From Candidatus Bathyarchaeota archaeon (lineage in GTDB: Archaea; Thermoproteota; Bathyarchaeia; Bathyarchaeales; DTEX01): a DNA stretch of 24,000 bases. Below, piece by piece: positions 7,946-17,693 of the stretch (its first letter is position 1; every line of letters starts with the position of its first letter). The notes below the pieces were generated by a model. That model searched no databases, was not told the DNA's origin, and was given only the letters and a program-made list of their open reading frames with translations. The position numbers and the translations under genes were made by a program. The stretch lies in the NCBI GenBank assembly GCA_018396555.1, contig JAGTQL010000009.1, forward strand, positions 1,217 through 25,216. The letters are read 5' to 3'.

Positions 7946-9064
7946 ATGCCGCATAAAATAAGCATTTTCATACCGGTTTATAGAGAATCATGCTTCCTAG
8001 AGCACTTACTTACTTACCTCCTTAATGATCCATATGAAAATAAAGAGATACTTGTTGTTGTGGATGAGCCCGCCCAGAGAAGCCTTGATATCTCCAAAAA
8101 ATTCTCCGATAAAGTCCACTTCATATTTAACGGTGAAAGGAAAGGTAAGGCAAACGTCTTAAATGAGATTGTTAATGAGTCAACTGGCGACGTATGTCTC
8201 TTTCTTGATTCTGATGTGCTTTTAGATGTTAAAGGGAAGGGTGAGAGTTTCCTTGAGGCGATAGCCAAGGAAATGGATTGCGCTGAAATAGTTGAGGTTA
8301 AGAAGGGGGTTATTAAAGACTCATTTATATCTAGAATCGCATCCTATGATTACCTAGGTTTCAATTTAACAAGCTGGTATTTTTCACGTAGGATAGGTCG
8401 GTGCTTAGGCATTAATGGCGCTGCGTTTGCAATTAAGAGAGAAATCTTCGAGGCTCTCGGCGGCTTCAGGAGAGTTATATGTGAAGATCTGGACATAGCG
8501 ACAAGGGCCTTCATTAATAATGCGCGCTTTAAATTTATAGATAAGGTAACCGCCTATACTAGGGTGCCTTCATCATGGAAGGAATGGTTTAACCAGAGGA
8601 AACGCTGGGGGGTTGGAGCAGCATTTTGGTTTAAAGAGCATTTTAAATTGCTTAGGCGCGTTCTTAAAGAGCACCCTGAGGTTGCTATCCCCTCTCTACT
8701 CTTTATTTTTCCAGCCTTACCGCTTTTAATAATGAACCTATTTATGCCGGATGATTTGTCCACAAAAATGCTTTACATCTCACTTATTTTATTATCAACT
8801 AAAACCAATCTACTCCTGCCGCCGACAGCTTTAACTTCTACAACTATTTCGACGCTTAAAAGCTTCTTTGTTGTAATTGGAAATCTGGCAGCTTCCTCCC
8901 TCATTTTCTATATTTTCGCCAGAAGGATCCGCTTCCCCTTCAACCCTATAGAATTTCTCATTTTCTACTTTGTAATGGCCCCAGTCTGGCTTCTCATAAT
9001 AGTGACTAGCCTAATCAAAGTGTACATCAAACCTGAAAACATAAAAATCGATTGGAAAGTATGA
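7946..9064 (+). CDS. Family 2 glycosyltransferase, processive synthase type with C-terminal TM domain
   Basis: ISIFIPVYRES N-terminus, DSD (DXD) motif, CEDLD motif and QRKRW (Q-x-x-R-W), followed by about 4 C-terminal TM helices. This D,D,D,QxxRW pattern is shared by NodC, chitin, cellulose and PNAG synthases. Confidence 0.85.
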   Translation: MPHKISIFIPVYRESCFLEHLLTYLLNDPYENKEILVVVDEPAQRSLDISKKFSDKVHFIFNGERKGKANVLNEIVNESTGDVCLFLDSDVLLDVKGKGESFLEAIAKEMDCAEIVEVKKGVIKDSFISRIASYDYLGFNLTSWYFSRRIGRCLGINGAAFAIKREIFEALGGFRRVICEDLDIATRAFINNARFKFIDKVTAYTRVPSSWKEWFNQRKRWGVGAAFWFKEHFKLLRRVLKEHPEVAIPSLLFIFPALPLLIMNLFMPDDLSTKMLYISLILLSTKTNLLLPPTALTSTTISTLKSFFVVIGNLAASSLIFYIFARRIRFPFNPIEFLIFYFVMAPVWLLIIVTSLIKVYIKPENIKIDWKV

Positions 9065-9198
9065 AATGAATTAGTCCAGCCTTTAAATTATCCGCTTGCA
9101 AGCATCTTTCTTTCCATAAACTTATTAAAATTCCTTACCTTCCATATTGTACTAAAACTTCAGCAGATATTAAATAAAAAGGGGAATTCGGCAAAACT

Positions 9199-10440
9199 AT
9201 GTTGGTAAAGACCCGTAGAAGGCTCGGCAGAAACGCTAAAGTGCTAATATTAACGGAGCCTTTCTGGAGCATTCCTGTAAACTGGATTTTCTTTTATAGG
9301 CCAATTTTTTTAAGTTCAGCTATTAAACTTTCAGCTTTAGAGATAGGTTTTCTAATGACCATATTCAACTCCTCTCTCATAATCTTCCCATTACTCGGCG
9401 GATATATGGCTGACCGTTTCGGTAGAAAAAGGGTTTTTATGCTTTTTGATAGCATATGCTGGTTATCATCCCTGGCAATCTGGGTTATCAGCCGAAATGT
9501 ATGGCATGCGCTCTTAGCCTACATAATAGAGGGCTGTGCATCAATAGTCTACTCAGTTTGGGAATGCCTGCTTGTTGAAGACACTGAGCCCAAATTCAGA
9601 TCATTTATTTATGGTTCCATATCCGCCATATTCACAACCGGATCGCTGACTACGCCTATAGCCGGATACATTATTGGAACCTATGGCCCTGATGCGGGTT
9701 GCAGGATGCTTTTTACATTAGCATTTTGTTCTCTCGTAATCATGTACGTGGTCAGACAGATCTATTTAAGGGAGCCTGAAATTGGGCGTAAGCTGATGGA
9801 GGACAAAACTTTTTCAGGATTTAAAGGATACTTGGATTCTTTATTATTGGCGAAGAGGGACCGAGCCATCTTAACTATGCTCCTAATTAACATCATGATT
9901 GGGTTTTATAACTCATCTTCCGCGTATGTGACGCTATATTTAGTTAATGAAAAGGGGCTGGGTCTAAGCGAAGAGGCAGCTTCGATCTTCCCCTTCTCCG
10001 CCTCAATAGTGTCCCTAATGATGGCCTTAATTGTTGTTCCTAGGCTTCGCTCAAGGAGCGGATGCCTGAAAACCCTCATATCCGGTTACAGTTTAGGTTC
10101 TCTAGCCATGTTACTATTTATAACCTTACCTGGTAGATCATTAATTACGGCTCTGCTCTCTGGGCTTATGCTGGGCGTTTACTTAAGCGTGGCATTCTCG
10201 GTTTCAAGAACTTTTCTGGCAAATCAAATAGATGTGGTTGATAGTAGGGCTAGAGCTAAAATACTCTCAATAGCGGTGACTTTGTCCTCGCTTATAAACC
10301 TGCCAACGCCAACAGTGATGGGATACCTCTTTAGCCTAAACCCAAAATTGCCCTTCTTCGCAATCCTCGGAATATTCATAGCATCAATAATGCTTTTAAC
10401 ATCTCTTATTATTCTGCTAAAAAATGGGCGGCGTAAGTGA
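9199..10440 (+). CDS. Major facilitator superfamily transporter
   Basis: 413 aa with about 12 TM segments. The MFS loop 2-3 signature GGYMADRFGRKRV is present. Confidence 0.8.
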   Translation: MLVKTRRRLGRNAKVLILTEPFWSIPVNWIFFYRPIFLSSAIKLSALEIGFLMTIFNSSLIIFPLLGGYMADRFGRKRVFMLFDSICWLSSLAIWVISRNVWHALLAYIIEGCASIVYSVWECLLVEDTEPKFRSFIYGSISAIFTTGSLTTPIAGYIIGTYGPDAGCRMLFTLAFCSLVIMYVVRQIYLREPEIGRKLMEDKTFSGFKGYLDSLLLAKRDRAILTMLLINIMIGFYNSSSAYVTLYLVNEKGLGLSEEAASIFPFSASIVSLMMALIVVPRLRSRSGCLKTLISGYSLGSLAMLLFITLPGRSLITALLSGLMLGVYLSVAFSVSRTFLANQIDVVDSRARAKILSIAVTLSSLINLPTPTVMGYLFSLNPKLPFFAILGIFIASIMLLTSLIILLKNGRRK

Positions 10441-10509
10441 GTTTCATCTAATTTATATGTTTATATTAGCGTTTTCCCTTTAAGTACTTAACAATAAGGT
10501 GCATCTGCA

Positions 10510-11958
10510 ATGAGTGTTCCATTAGAGAGGGTGGATAAGTATATTTGGCGGATACCTAAGTACAAGCCCGGCATGCGAGTTCCAGGCGTGGTATTCGCAG
10601 ATGATGATTTACTTGAGAAAATGAAGACCGATAGAACTTTGGAGCAATGCGCAAACGTCGCTTATCTGCCGGGCATATACAAATACTCCATAACCCTGCC
10701 AGACGGACACGAAGGCTACGGTTTCCCAATAGGCGGCGTTGCAGCAACAGACTACGAAGAGGGCGTAGTTAGCCCAGGAGGCGTAGGCTACGATATCAAC
10801 TGCGGCGTCCGCCTTCTAACGACAGATCTCTCTGAGAAGGATATTCGGCCAAGGCTTAACGATCTTGCAACAGTAATCTTCCGCAATGTTCCGAGCGGGC
10901 TTGGAAGCCATAGAAGAGACTTTAGTTTAACCTTTAATGAGCTTGACCGTATAACAAGGGAGGGCGTGCCATACCTAGTTGAGAAAGGATACGGCTGGCC
11001 GGAGGATATTAGGCACTGTGAAGAGGAGGGGCGGATGCCCGGAGCAAACCCAGATAAGGTTTCAAGCGTAGCAAAGAAGAGGGGGCAACCCGAGCTTGGA
11101 ACTCTCGGCTCAGGGAATCACTTCTTAGAAATTCAGAAGGTTGACAGAATTTTCAATGAGAAGATCGCTAAAGATTTCGGCATAACGCATGAGGGGCAAA
11201 TCACGGTGATGATACACTGCGGTTCAAGAGGCTACGGCCACCAGATTTGCTCAGACTATTTGCGCATGATGGAGAGGGCGGTGCATAAATATCATATTGA
11301 GTTGCCTGATAGGGAACTTGCTTGCGCACCTGGAACAAGCAGCGAAGCCCAGGACTACTATCAGGCTATGGCATGCGCCGTGAACTACGCATTCGCCAAT
11401 AGGCAGATGATTACACATTGGGTTAGGCAGAGCTTTGAGCAAGCCCTCAAAACCTCAGCCGATAAAATTGGCTTACAGTTACTTTACGATGTAGCCCATA
11501 ATATAGCGAAGATAGAGGAGCACACTGTAGATAATAAAACAGTGAAAGTTTGGGTTCATAGGAAAGGCGCTACAAGGGCTTTCCCACCGGGTCACGAAGA
11601 TATCCCTGCGGATTACCGTAGCCTAGGACAGCCAGTTATAATACCGGGTTCAATGGGGACAAGCTCATGGGTTCTAGTTGGCACGCCGAGAGCGATGGAG
11701 GTAACCTTCGGTTCAACAGCGCATGGAGCCGGTAGAATGCTCAGCCGGGCCGCAGCGACAAGACGCTTCGCTGGAAGCGAGATAAAAAGGAGCCTTGAAA
11801 GCCGAGGCATAGTTGTGAGGGCTGCAAGCATGACCGTTTTAGCCGAGGAAGCTGATCCAGCATACAAGAATGTTGATAGGGTTGCTGATGTCAGCAATGC
11901 GGTTGGCATAGCGACCTACGTGGCTAGACTTATACCATTAGCTGTTGTAAAGGGCTAA
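10510..11958 (+). CDS. rtcB: RNA-splicing ligase RtcB (3'-phosphate/5'-hydroxyl RNA ligase)
   Basis: 482 aa with RtcB hallmarks LPDGHEGYGFPIGG, GYDINCGVR, GSGNHFLE, HCGSRGYGHQ, HRKGAT and STAHGAGR. No intein-sized insertion is present. Confidence 0.95.
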   Translation: MSVPLERVDKYIWRIPKYKPGMRVPGVVFADDDLLEKMKTDRTLEQCANVAYLPGIYKYSITLPDGHEGYGFPIGGVAATDYEEGVVSPGGVGYDINCGVRLLTTDLSEKDIRPRLNDLATVIFRNVPSGLGSHRRDFSLTFNELDRITREGVPYLVEKGYGWPEDIRHCEEEGRMPGANPDKVSSVAKKRGQPELGTLGSGNHFLEIQKVDRIFNEKIAKDFGITHEGQITVMIHCGSRGYGHQICSDYLRMMERAVHKYHIELPDRELACAPGTSSEAQDYYQAMACAVNYAFANRQMITHWVRQSFEQALKTSADKIGLQLLYDVAHNIAKIEEHTVDNKTVKVWVHRKGATRAFPPGHEDIPADYRSLGQPVIIPGSMGTSSWVLVGTPRAMEVTFGSTAHGAGRMLSRAAATRRFAGSEIKRSLESRGIVVRAASMTVLAEEADPAYKNVDRVADVSNAVGIATYVARLIPLAVVKG

Positions 11959-11998
11959 AATCCGCCATGATCAACGAACCGGTTTTCATTTAACCCCT

Positions 11999-12733
11999 CT
12001 ATTTTTCTTTACAATCCGCTTTATTCGTCCCATCGGAATAAACGCTGTGCAAAACCTCCTTTACCTTCTCAGTTATCTTTGGACCTAAGCCATAAACATC
12101 CCTAGGCCAGCGATCCACATTAATAAGGGCGCTGAGTGGGGTCCCATATGTCCTTAGTATGCTTACTGCCTTCTCCCTTCCAATGTTCGGCAGACTGGCT
12201 AAGAAATATATTTGTGCATCGGCCATGGTTTCAACCTTTTTAGCAGGATGAACCGCCGGCACCCTTTTCTCAGCGATCTGCTCTTGTTTAGCTGATGTGT
12301 AGAGGAAATCTATTGTTTCCTTATAGCTTGTTGTATGAATCATATTTATGCCGTTTCTGGCCAGAGTAAACATTGCTCCCCAGACGGATGAGGGATTAAT
12401 CCTACTGATCTTATAGATTATTGGGAAGTATCCCTCGATTAGGATGAAGGGTTTAGAATACGCCTCCTTCAAAAGGAAAAGCTGCTCGAATAGGTGTCGA
12501 TGAGTGAGCGTATGAACAAAATCATGCACGGTTTTTCTCTCAAAAGCGCATTCATCGGAAATTATATAATCGCCCCTATCAAGAGATCTGATAATTATTA
12601 GCGCCCCCATTTCCCTTAAACCCTTAACTACTTTAGGCGCCGCGCCAGCCTCTCTACTATCAATTATGATCGCGGGCTGCTCAGATTCCTTCTTCGCATC
12701 AATATACGGCAATAAACTTTCCGTCCCAGCCAT
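11999..12733 (-). CDS. xpf: Short-form XPF/ERCC4 structure-specific endonuclease (nuclease plus HhH2, no helicase domain)
   Basis: ERCC4 nuclease motif IIIDSRE ... GDYIISDECAFERKTVHDF (GDx(n)ERKx3D), with a C-terminal helix-hairpin-helix pair LASLPNIGREKAVSIL ... GLGPKITEKV. At 244 aa it matches the crenarchaeal short form. Confidence 0.85.
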   Translation of the reverse strand: MAGTESLLPYIDAKKESEQPAIIIDSREAGAAPKVVKGLREMGALIIIRSLDRGDYIISDECAFERKTVHDFVHTLTHRHLFEQLFLLKEAYSKPFILIEGYFPIIYKISRINPSSVWGAMFTLARNGINMIHTTSYKETIDFLYTSAKQEQIAEKRVPAVHPAKKVETMADAQIYFLASLPNIGREKAVSILRTYGTPLSALINVDRWPRDVYGLGPKITEKVKEVLHSVYSDGTNKADCKEK

Positions 12734-12858
12734 CTCTTAAAGCCTCGCAACACTTTAAAATCTCAAACTTTTTATTTAGCCTTTCCTAGATAATTCAAAA
12801 GGAAATTATATTTAAGGATATCACAAAGACGAAACCCCTGGAGAGATGAAAACTTAAA

Positions 12859-15800
12859 ATGGCAGATCTTCAAATCGAGGGTTTAAGGGCTGTATACCGT
12901 GGGATGTGCCCCAATTGCGGAGGGGATATTAGCGATCAAGAGCTGCTCGACCCAGGCGTATGTACCCAATGCATTCTAAGCCCCCCGCCGGATAAAGAAA
13001 AGGTTTATTTAGAGCTAATTAGAAGGGGTCGAATTGGTGAATATATAAAGGTTTTAGAAATAGAGTTTAACCTCAAGAAATTTTCTGAATTCTTCAATTT
13101 CCTTGTAGGATCCAGACCTTGGGCTTTACAGGAGGTTTGGGCTAAGCGGGTATTGATGGGTCGAAGCTTCTCTATTGTTGCGCCAACTGGCATCGGTAAA
13201 ACCCTATTCGGTCTTATTATGGCGCTTTACTTAGCTGGAAAAGGAAAGAAATGCTATATCATCGTGCCAACAAGCCTCTTAGTTAAGCATTTACTGGACA
13301 AGGTTTCAGTCTTCTTGGAGAAGATGTCTTGCATTGGAAACCCGACCCCTATCGTTCTAGGCTACTACTCCGCGATGCCGAAAAGGGAAGCTAAGGAAAC
13401 ATTAAGGCGCATTGCGGATCAAGATTTCTCAATTCTAATAACAACGGACAGATTTCTCTACAATAGATTTGAGCTTATTAAAAATGTGAAATTTGACTTC
13501 ACATTCGTTGATGATGTTGATTCTTTCTTAAAATCTCCGAAAAATATAGATAAAACAGTCCTCTTAATGGGTTTCAGCCCGGAAGATATTGAGAAAGTTC
13601 TGGAAGCAGAGGAGCAGATGGTGGCCGCTTCATACAATATGCCGAGGCAATTAAACGATAGGGTGCTCGTCGTTTCAGGAGCAACATTAAGAGGTAAAAG
13701 AACGAAGCGCATAAAGATATTTAGGCAGCTATTCGGTTTTGAACCGGGATTCAGCCCGGAATTTGTGAGAAATGTTTCAAACTTATGCATCAGATCCATA
13801 GATGACATGAAAAGTCGCACCGTGGAGCTGGTTAAAAAGCATGGTCCCGGATGCCTAATATTCGTGCCGCAAGTTAAGGGCGTAGCGTATGCCAAGGAGA
13901 TCGCTGCCTCCCTAAAAGAGGCGGGTATAAAAACTTTTATTTATGAAAGAATGAATCCGAAAATACTTGAAAGGTTCATTTCAGGCGATTATGCTGCCCT
14001 AGTTGGCGTGGCCAGTAATAGAAGCCCGCTGGCGAGAGGTCTCGATCTCCCGGAAACCATCAGATACGTTGTTTTCGCCGGCGTTCCAAGAAGAGAAATA
14101 AGAGTTGGAACAAGCGAGTACAACCCGCAGAAGATCCTCACACTCTTGAAAACTCTATCCCCATTTTTTGAGGAAAAATTCTTCAGAGAAGTCATTCCCG
14201 TTATATCCGCATTATCAAGAATTGTTCCAGTTAACAAAGAATTAATTGATAAGATTAGAGAGGCTGATGAAAAAAATATTGAATTAGATGGCTTCGCCAG
14301 GCACGTCCTAAGGGTTGTTAGAGAGGCAAAGAAGCTTCTAGTCAAAATGATGGAAGATATCGAAATCAGGAAGGTTACTGAGAGGCTGGATGTAGATGTG
14401 AAAATTGAGGATAAAGGATATGTACTAGTTATGCCCGATGTTGATGGATATGTACAAGCCTCAGGCAGATCCTCAAGATTTTACGCTATAGGTATAAGCC
14501 GAGGCTTATCAATAATCCTAATAGACGACGAAAAAGCTTTTCATGGCTTAAATAAGAGAATTCAGCTTATGACGGATGAGGAATTCGAGGAGTACACCCC
14601 TGAGAGAGCCGCCGAAGATTTAAGAAAGGCGGATGAGGATAGAAAAATTATTGGAAAAATCCGCAGAGGCGAGTTTACCGCAGAAACTATTGATATCATA
14701 AGATCAACTTTAGTTGTTGTTGAGTCGCCCACAAAGGCTAAGGCAATAGCATACTTCTTCGGCAGGCCGGCCAAAAGAACAATTAACGGCTTCACGGTTT
14801 ATGAAGTTGCAGGTGGACAAATGATCCTTAACGTTGTTGCTTCAGGCGGCCACATATTTGACCTCACAACAGAAGGCGGGTATCACGGCGTCATAAAAGA
14901 AAATGATCACTACATCCCAGTCTACACAGATATAAGAAAATGCAATAACTGTGGTGAACAGTTTACTGATAGGGATGTCTGCCCTGAATGCGGGTCAAAC
15001 AACATACGCTCAAAGAAAAATGTTGTGGATTTACTGCGCAAGTTAGCTGTCGAAGCAAATAAGGTGCTTATTGCAACTGATCCCGACGCTGAAGGTGAGA
15101 AAATCGGATACGACATTTATGTTGTAGTTAAGCCTTACTGTAAAGATGTTGAGAGACTTGAGTTTCATGAAGTGACTCGTAGAGCCCTTAGAAAAGCCTT
15201 CTCGGAGCCTAGAAATATTAAGCTGCCGTTTGTTCAAGCCCAGGTTGTTAGGAGAATTGAGGACAGATGGGTTGGGTTCGAGCTAAGTAGGAAACTTTGG
15301 GAGAAATTTAAGGTGACATCCCTCTCCGCCGGTCGGGTTCAAACCCCAGTCTTAAGCTGGGTTATAAGGCGAGTGGAGGAACTTAGGAAAAAGATTCCGG
15401 CAGCTGAACTGCATCTGGAAAACGGGCTCTCAGTAAGGCTTGTTGCTCCTCTAAACATAGAGGATTTAGTAAGAAAGTTCAAGGAAGGCGAGCTAAATAC
15501 AACAATAGAAAATGCTGCTTTTCGCGAAGAAACAGTTTATCCGCAGCCACCTTACACAACTGACAGCATGCTTAAGGATGCAGCTCAAAAAATGCGCTTC
15601 CCTGTCGGATACACGATGAGCTTAGCGCAGGCGCTATTCGAATCCGGCTTAATAACGTATCATAGAACAGACTCAACAGCAGTTTCAACCACGGGTATGG
15701 ATGTCGCGCAACGCTTTATTGATGAAAATTACCCGGGTCTCTTTAAGCCTAGGGCATTTAGAAGCGAAGGGGCGCATGAATGTATTAGGCCTACAAAACC

Positions 15801-16440
15801 CCTAAATGCTAAGCAGCTAAGATTTTACCTCTCATCCGGAGTTTTAAGGATACCTCAAAAGTTAAGCGCTGACCATCTGAAACTTTACGACATGATTTTT
15901 AAGAGATTCATCGCCAGCCAGATGAGTGAAGCAAGGGTCATAATTCAAGAATTTACTTTAAAAATTAACGGCGTCGAAGTTGAACAGGATAGAATAACAA
16001 AAATTCTTAAGGAAGGCTTTCTGACAGTTAATCCAACTATTAGAGTTAAAGAGGAAGTTGCTGAGGGCGTATATAAAGTTGTGCATATGAAGGTTAGACG
16101 AGAACCCACCGTCAGACCATACAGAGAAGGCGATCTGATAGCCCTCATGAAGGAGAAGAAAATTGGGAGGCCAAGCACCTACTCGAAGATAATTGACATA
16201 CTGTTGAGGAGGAGATACATTTTCTCAAAGGGCGGAGCGATATTTAACACTAGGCTTGGTAAAGCTGTCTATGATTATCTGGCAGAGAACTTTGAATCGC
16301 TAGTTTCAGAAGAGTTGACCAGAGACCTTGAAACCAAAATAGACGCTATAGAAAATGGTCAAGCATGGTATCAAGACATAATTAAATTAGTCGAGAATGA
16401 TATAAGAACCGTTATAGGAAGCGGGATATCCAACTCCTAA
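12859..16440 (+). CDS. rgy: Reverse gyrase (helicase-like domain fused to type IA topoisomerase)
   Basis: 1193 aa. N-terminal Zn finger CPNCGG..CTQC, Walker A APTGIGKT, motif II DDVD, Toprim VVVESPTKAKAI and DPDAEGE, and a second Zn finger CNNCGEQFTDRDVCPECG. The topo IA active-site tyrosine lies in ITYHRTDS (Tyr codon 15658-15660). Confidence 0.97.
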   Translation: MADLQIEGLRAVYRGMCPNCGGDISDQELLDPGVCTQCILSPPPDKEKVYLELIRRGRIGEYIKVLEIEFNLKKFSEFFNFLVGSRPWALQEVWAKRVLMGRSFSIVAPTGIGKTLFGLIMALYLAGKGKKCYIIVPTSLLVKHLLDKVSVFLEKMSCIGNPTPIVLGYYSAMPKREAKETLRRIADQDFSILITTDRFLYNRFELIKNVKFDFTFVDDVDSFLKSPKNIDKTVLLMGFSPEDIEKVLEAEEQMVAASYNMPRQLNDRVLVVSGATLRGKRTKRIKIFRQLFGFEPGFSPEFVRNVSNLCIRSIDDMKSRTVELVKKHGPGCLIFVPQVKGVAYAKEIAASLKEAGIKTFIYERMNPKILERFISGDYAALVGVASNRSPLARGLDLPETIRYVVFAGVPRREIRVGTSEYNPQKILTLLKTLSPFFEEKFFREVIPVISALSRIVPVNKELIDKIREADEKNIELDGFARHVLRVVREAKKLLVKMMEDIEIRKVTERLDVDVKIEDKGYVLVMPDVDGYVQASGRSSRFYAIGISRGLSIILIDDEKAFHGLNKRIQLMTDEEFEEYTPERAAEDLRKADEDRKIIGKIRRGEFTAETIDIIRSTLVVVESPTKAKAIAYFFGRPAKRTINGFTVYEVAGGQMILNVVASGGHIFDLTTEGGYHGVIKENDHYIPVYTDIRKCNNCGEQFTDRDVCPECGSNNIRSKKNVVDLLRKLAVEANKVLIATDPDAEGEKIGYDIYVVVKPYCKDVERLEFHEVTRRALRKAFSEPRNIKLPFVQAQVVRRIEDRWVGFELSRKLWEKFKVTSLSAGRVQTPVLSWVIRRVEELRKKIPAAELHLENGLSVRLVAPLNIEDLVRKFKEGELNTTIENAAFREETVYPQPPYTTDSMLKDAAQKMRFPVGYTMSLAQALFESGLITYHRTDSTAVSTTGMDVAQRFIDENYPGLFKPRAFRSEGAHECIRPTKPLNAKQLRFYLSSGVLRIPQKLSADHLKLYDMIFKRFIASQMSEARVIIQEFTLKINGVEVEQDRITKILKEGFLTVNPTIRVKEEVAEGVYKVVHMKVRREPTVRPYREGDLIALMKEKKIGRPSTYSKIIDILLRRRYIFSKGGAIFNTRLGKAVYDYLAENFESLVSEELTRDLETKIDAIENGQAWYQDIIKLVENDIRTVIGSGISNS

Positions 16441-16483
16441 CTTATAAGCAGCATAAACATTCCCAGTTGCTTTATCTAAAAAC

Positions 16484-16969
16484 CTATAATGGTTGCAACA
16501 ATAGTGATTCCGGCGGCGACGGCGGCAACCTGCTGATGAAACTAAGATTATATTCAGCCTCTAAAAATCTCTCAAAGTCCTGAAAGACCACACTTTTAGT
16601 CTCATTCAGTTTTAGGCACGTTGACTTCCCCATATAGGCGTCGCATAAATCATAAAGGGCAACCATTTTTAGCAATCGGGGATTTTCAGCAACTGCTGAT
16701 ATTATGCTTTCCGGCGGATGTTCTGGAAAGACCCAGGCTATATATGAAACATTTACTGTCCTATAGGATAACCCATCGCGGATAGAACAGCAATGATTAG
16801 CAGTTATGCTTTTAAAAGTATTCGGGTGAACTCTCCGGGTCCATATAAAATTATGATAAGCCCCTTCAGCATGTACAATATCTTCAAACTCAGAAACCCA
16901 CCAACCCCTTAACCTACATCTGTTTTTAAATCGCTCAATTAGATCCCAGATCTTAGGAAGGTTGACCAT
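16484..16969 (-). CDS. Hypothetical protein (no recognised family)
   Basis: 161-aa ORF with an ATG start, Trp/His/Cys-rich (RGWWVSEFEDIVHAEGAYHNFIW, NHCCSIRDG). It converges on rgy with only 43 bp between the stops. Confidence 0.5.
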   Translation of the reverse strand: MVNLPKIWDLIERFKNRCRLRGWWVSEFEDIVHAEGAYHNFIWTRRVHPNTFKSITANHCCSIRDGLSYRTVNVSYIAWVFPEHPPESIISAVAENPRLLKMVALYDLCDAYMGKSTCLKLNETKSVVFQDFERFLEAEYNLSFISRLPPSPPESLLLQPL

Positions 16970-17170
16970 TTTTACTCCCCTAAAGCAAAATTGAAGAATA
17001 GTCCAGATCAGAAGTACATAGTTTCACCTAAAAACTTACCTAGATAAAAAGTTAGACTTTTTATCAACAAAAATATAGAAGTGTTAAGAAAAGTTTCCAT
17101 TATGAAACTGGGATGAGAAAAATGTTTAATAAAAATCCTATCATATATACTATACACTTATTTAAAGGAT

Positions 17171-17623
17171 TTAAGAACGCTTCCCTCGGCAATGCCGTAT
17201 TTTTGCAGCGAAATCTTTTTCAATCCTATCTATGAAAAGCATAATTTTACCATCGCTTTCAACGGATTGCTCCTTAAAAATCTGCCCTATAAAACTATCC
17301 CAGTGCTCTATGAGATATTTTCCGGGCTTAAAACCATCTAAGATTATTTCTAGGTTCTCAACATGTTTTATTCCACCCTCGACAATGCAGTTACCTCCCC
17401 GGGGCTTCTCCTCATAATCAACATGGTAGAAAGCCGGAATCTCCTCATTTCTCCCGCTGGGCGTATTGAAGGATGCGTTTACATAAATATCTTCCGGATC
17501 AAAGGGATTAATGTAGGAGGCGCCAAATATTACTTCAAACTCAAACTTCCCATATGCTCTTCCAATCTTGCTTTCATATTTAACGCCTAAAAGTTTGGGC
17601 TGTGCTGATGGATATTTAGGCAT
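17171..17623 (-). CDS. Hypothetical protein resembling a glycosidase N-terminal Ig-like domain (DUF5060-like) fused to a C-terminal beta-sandwich, with no catalytic domain
   Basis: 150 aa. The N-terminal GKFEFEVIFGASYINPFDPEDIYVNASFNTPSGRNEEIPAFYH matches my recollection of the DUF5060 pattern (kFE..f.l...y.NPFDp.di.v.a.F..PsG....vpgFy). The C-terminal GFKPGKYLIEHWDSFIGQIF...DGKIMLFIDRIEKDFAAKI resembles C-terminal sandwich domains of such enzymes. Confidence 0.5.
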   Translation of the reverse strand: MPKYPSAQPKLLGVKYESKIGRAYGKFEFEVIFGASYINPFDPEDIYVNASFNTPSGRNEEIPAFYHVDYEEKPRGGNCIVEGGIKHVENLEIILDGFKPGKYLIEHWDSFIGQIFKEQSVESDGKIMLFIDRIEKDFAAKIRHCRGKRS

Positions 17624-17659
17624 GGTCTAACGCCTTTAATCTTTCTACCTCTTTTTTGC

Positions 17660-17667
17660 ATAAATAA
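17660..17667 (+). promoter_or_regulatory. TATA-like box ATAAATAA upstream of the ABCE1 ORF
   Basis: It lies about 27-34 nt upstream of the TTG at 17694. A second A/T block TTTATTATTT sits at 17681-17690. Confidence 0.3.
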
Positions 17668-17693
17668 GTGGACAAGCAAATTTATTATTTACC

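Noticed and set aside
13458-14345. Long antisense ORFs inside reverse gyrase (145 aa at 13458..13895 and 118 aa at 13989..14345, plus shorter ones at 13005, 14562, 14922, 15043 and 15945).
   Set aside because: They lie fully within a very well-supported 1193-aa gene. Their Ser/Leu/Phe-rich, low-complexity composition is what the reverse complement of Lys/Glu-rich codons produces. None has a start-site motif.
15335-15347. A tRNA T-arm-like string GGGTTCAAACCCC.
   Set aside because: It lies in frame within reverse gyrase (encoding part of AGRVQTPV, a conserved topo IA segment). No acceptor or anticodon arms flank it.
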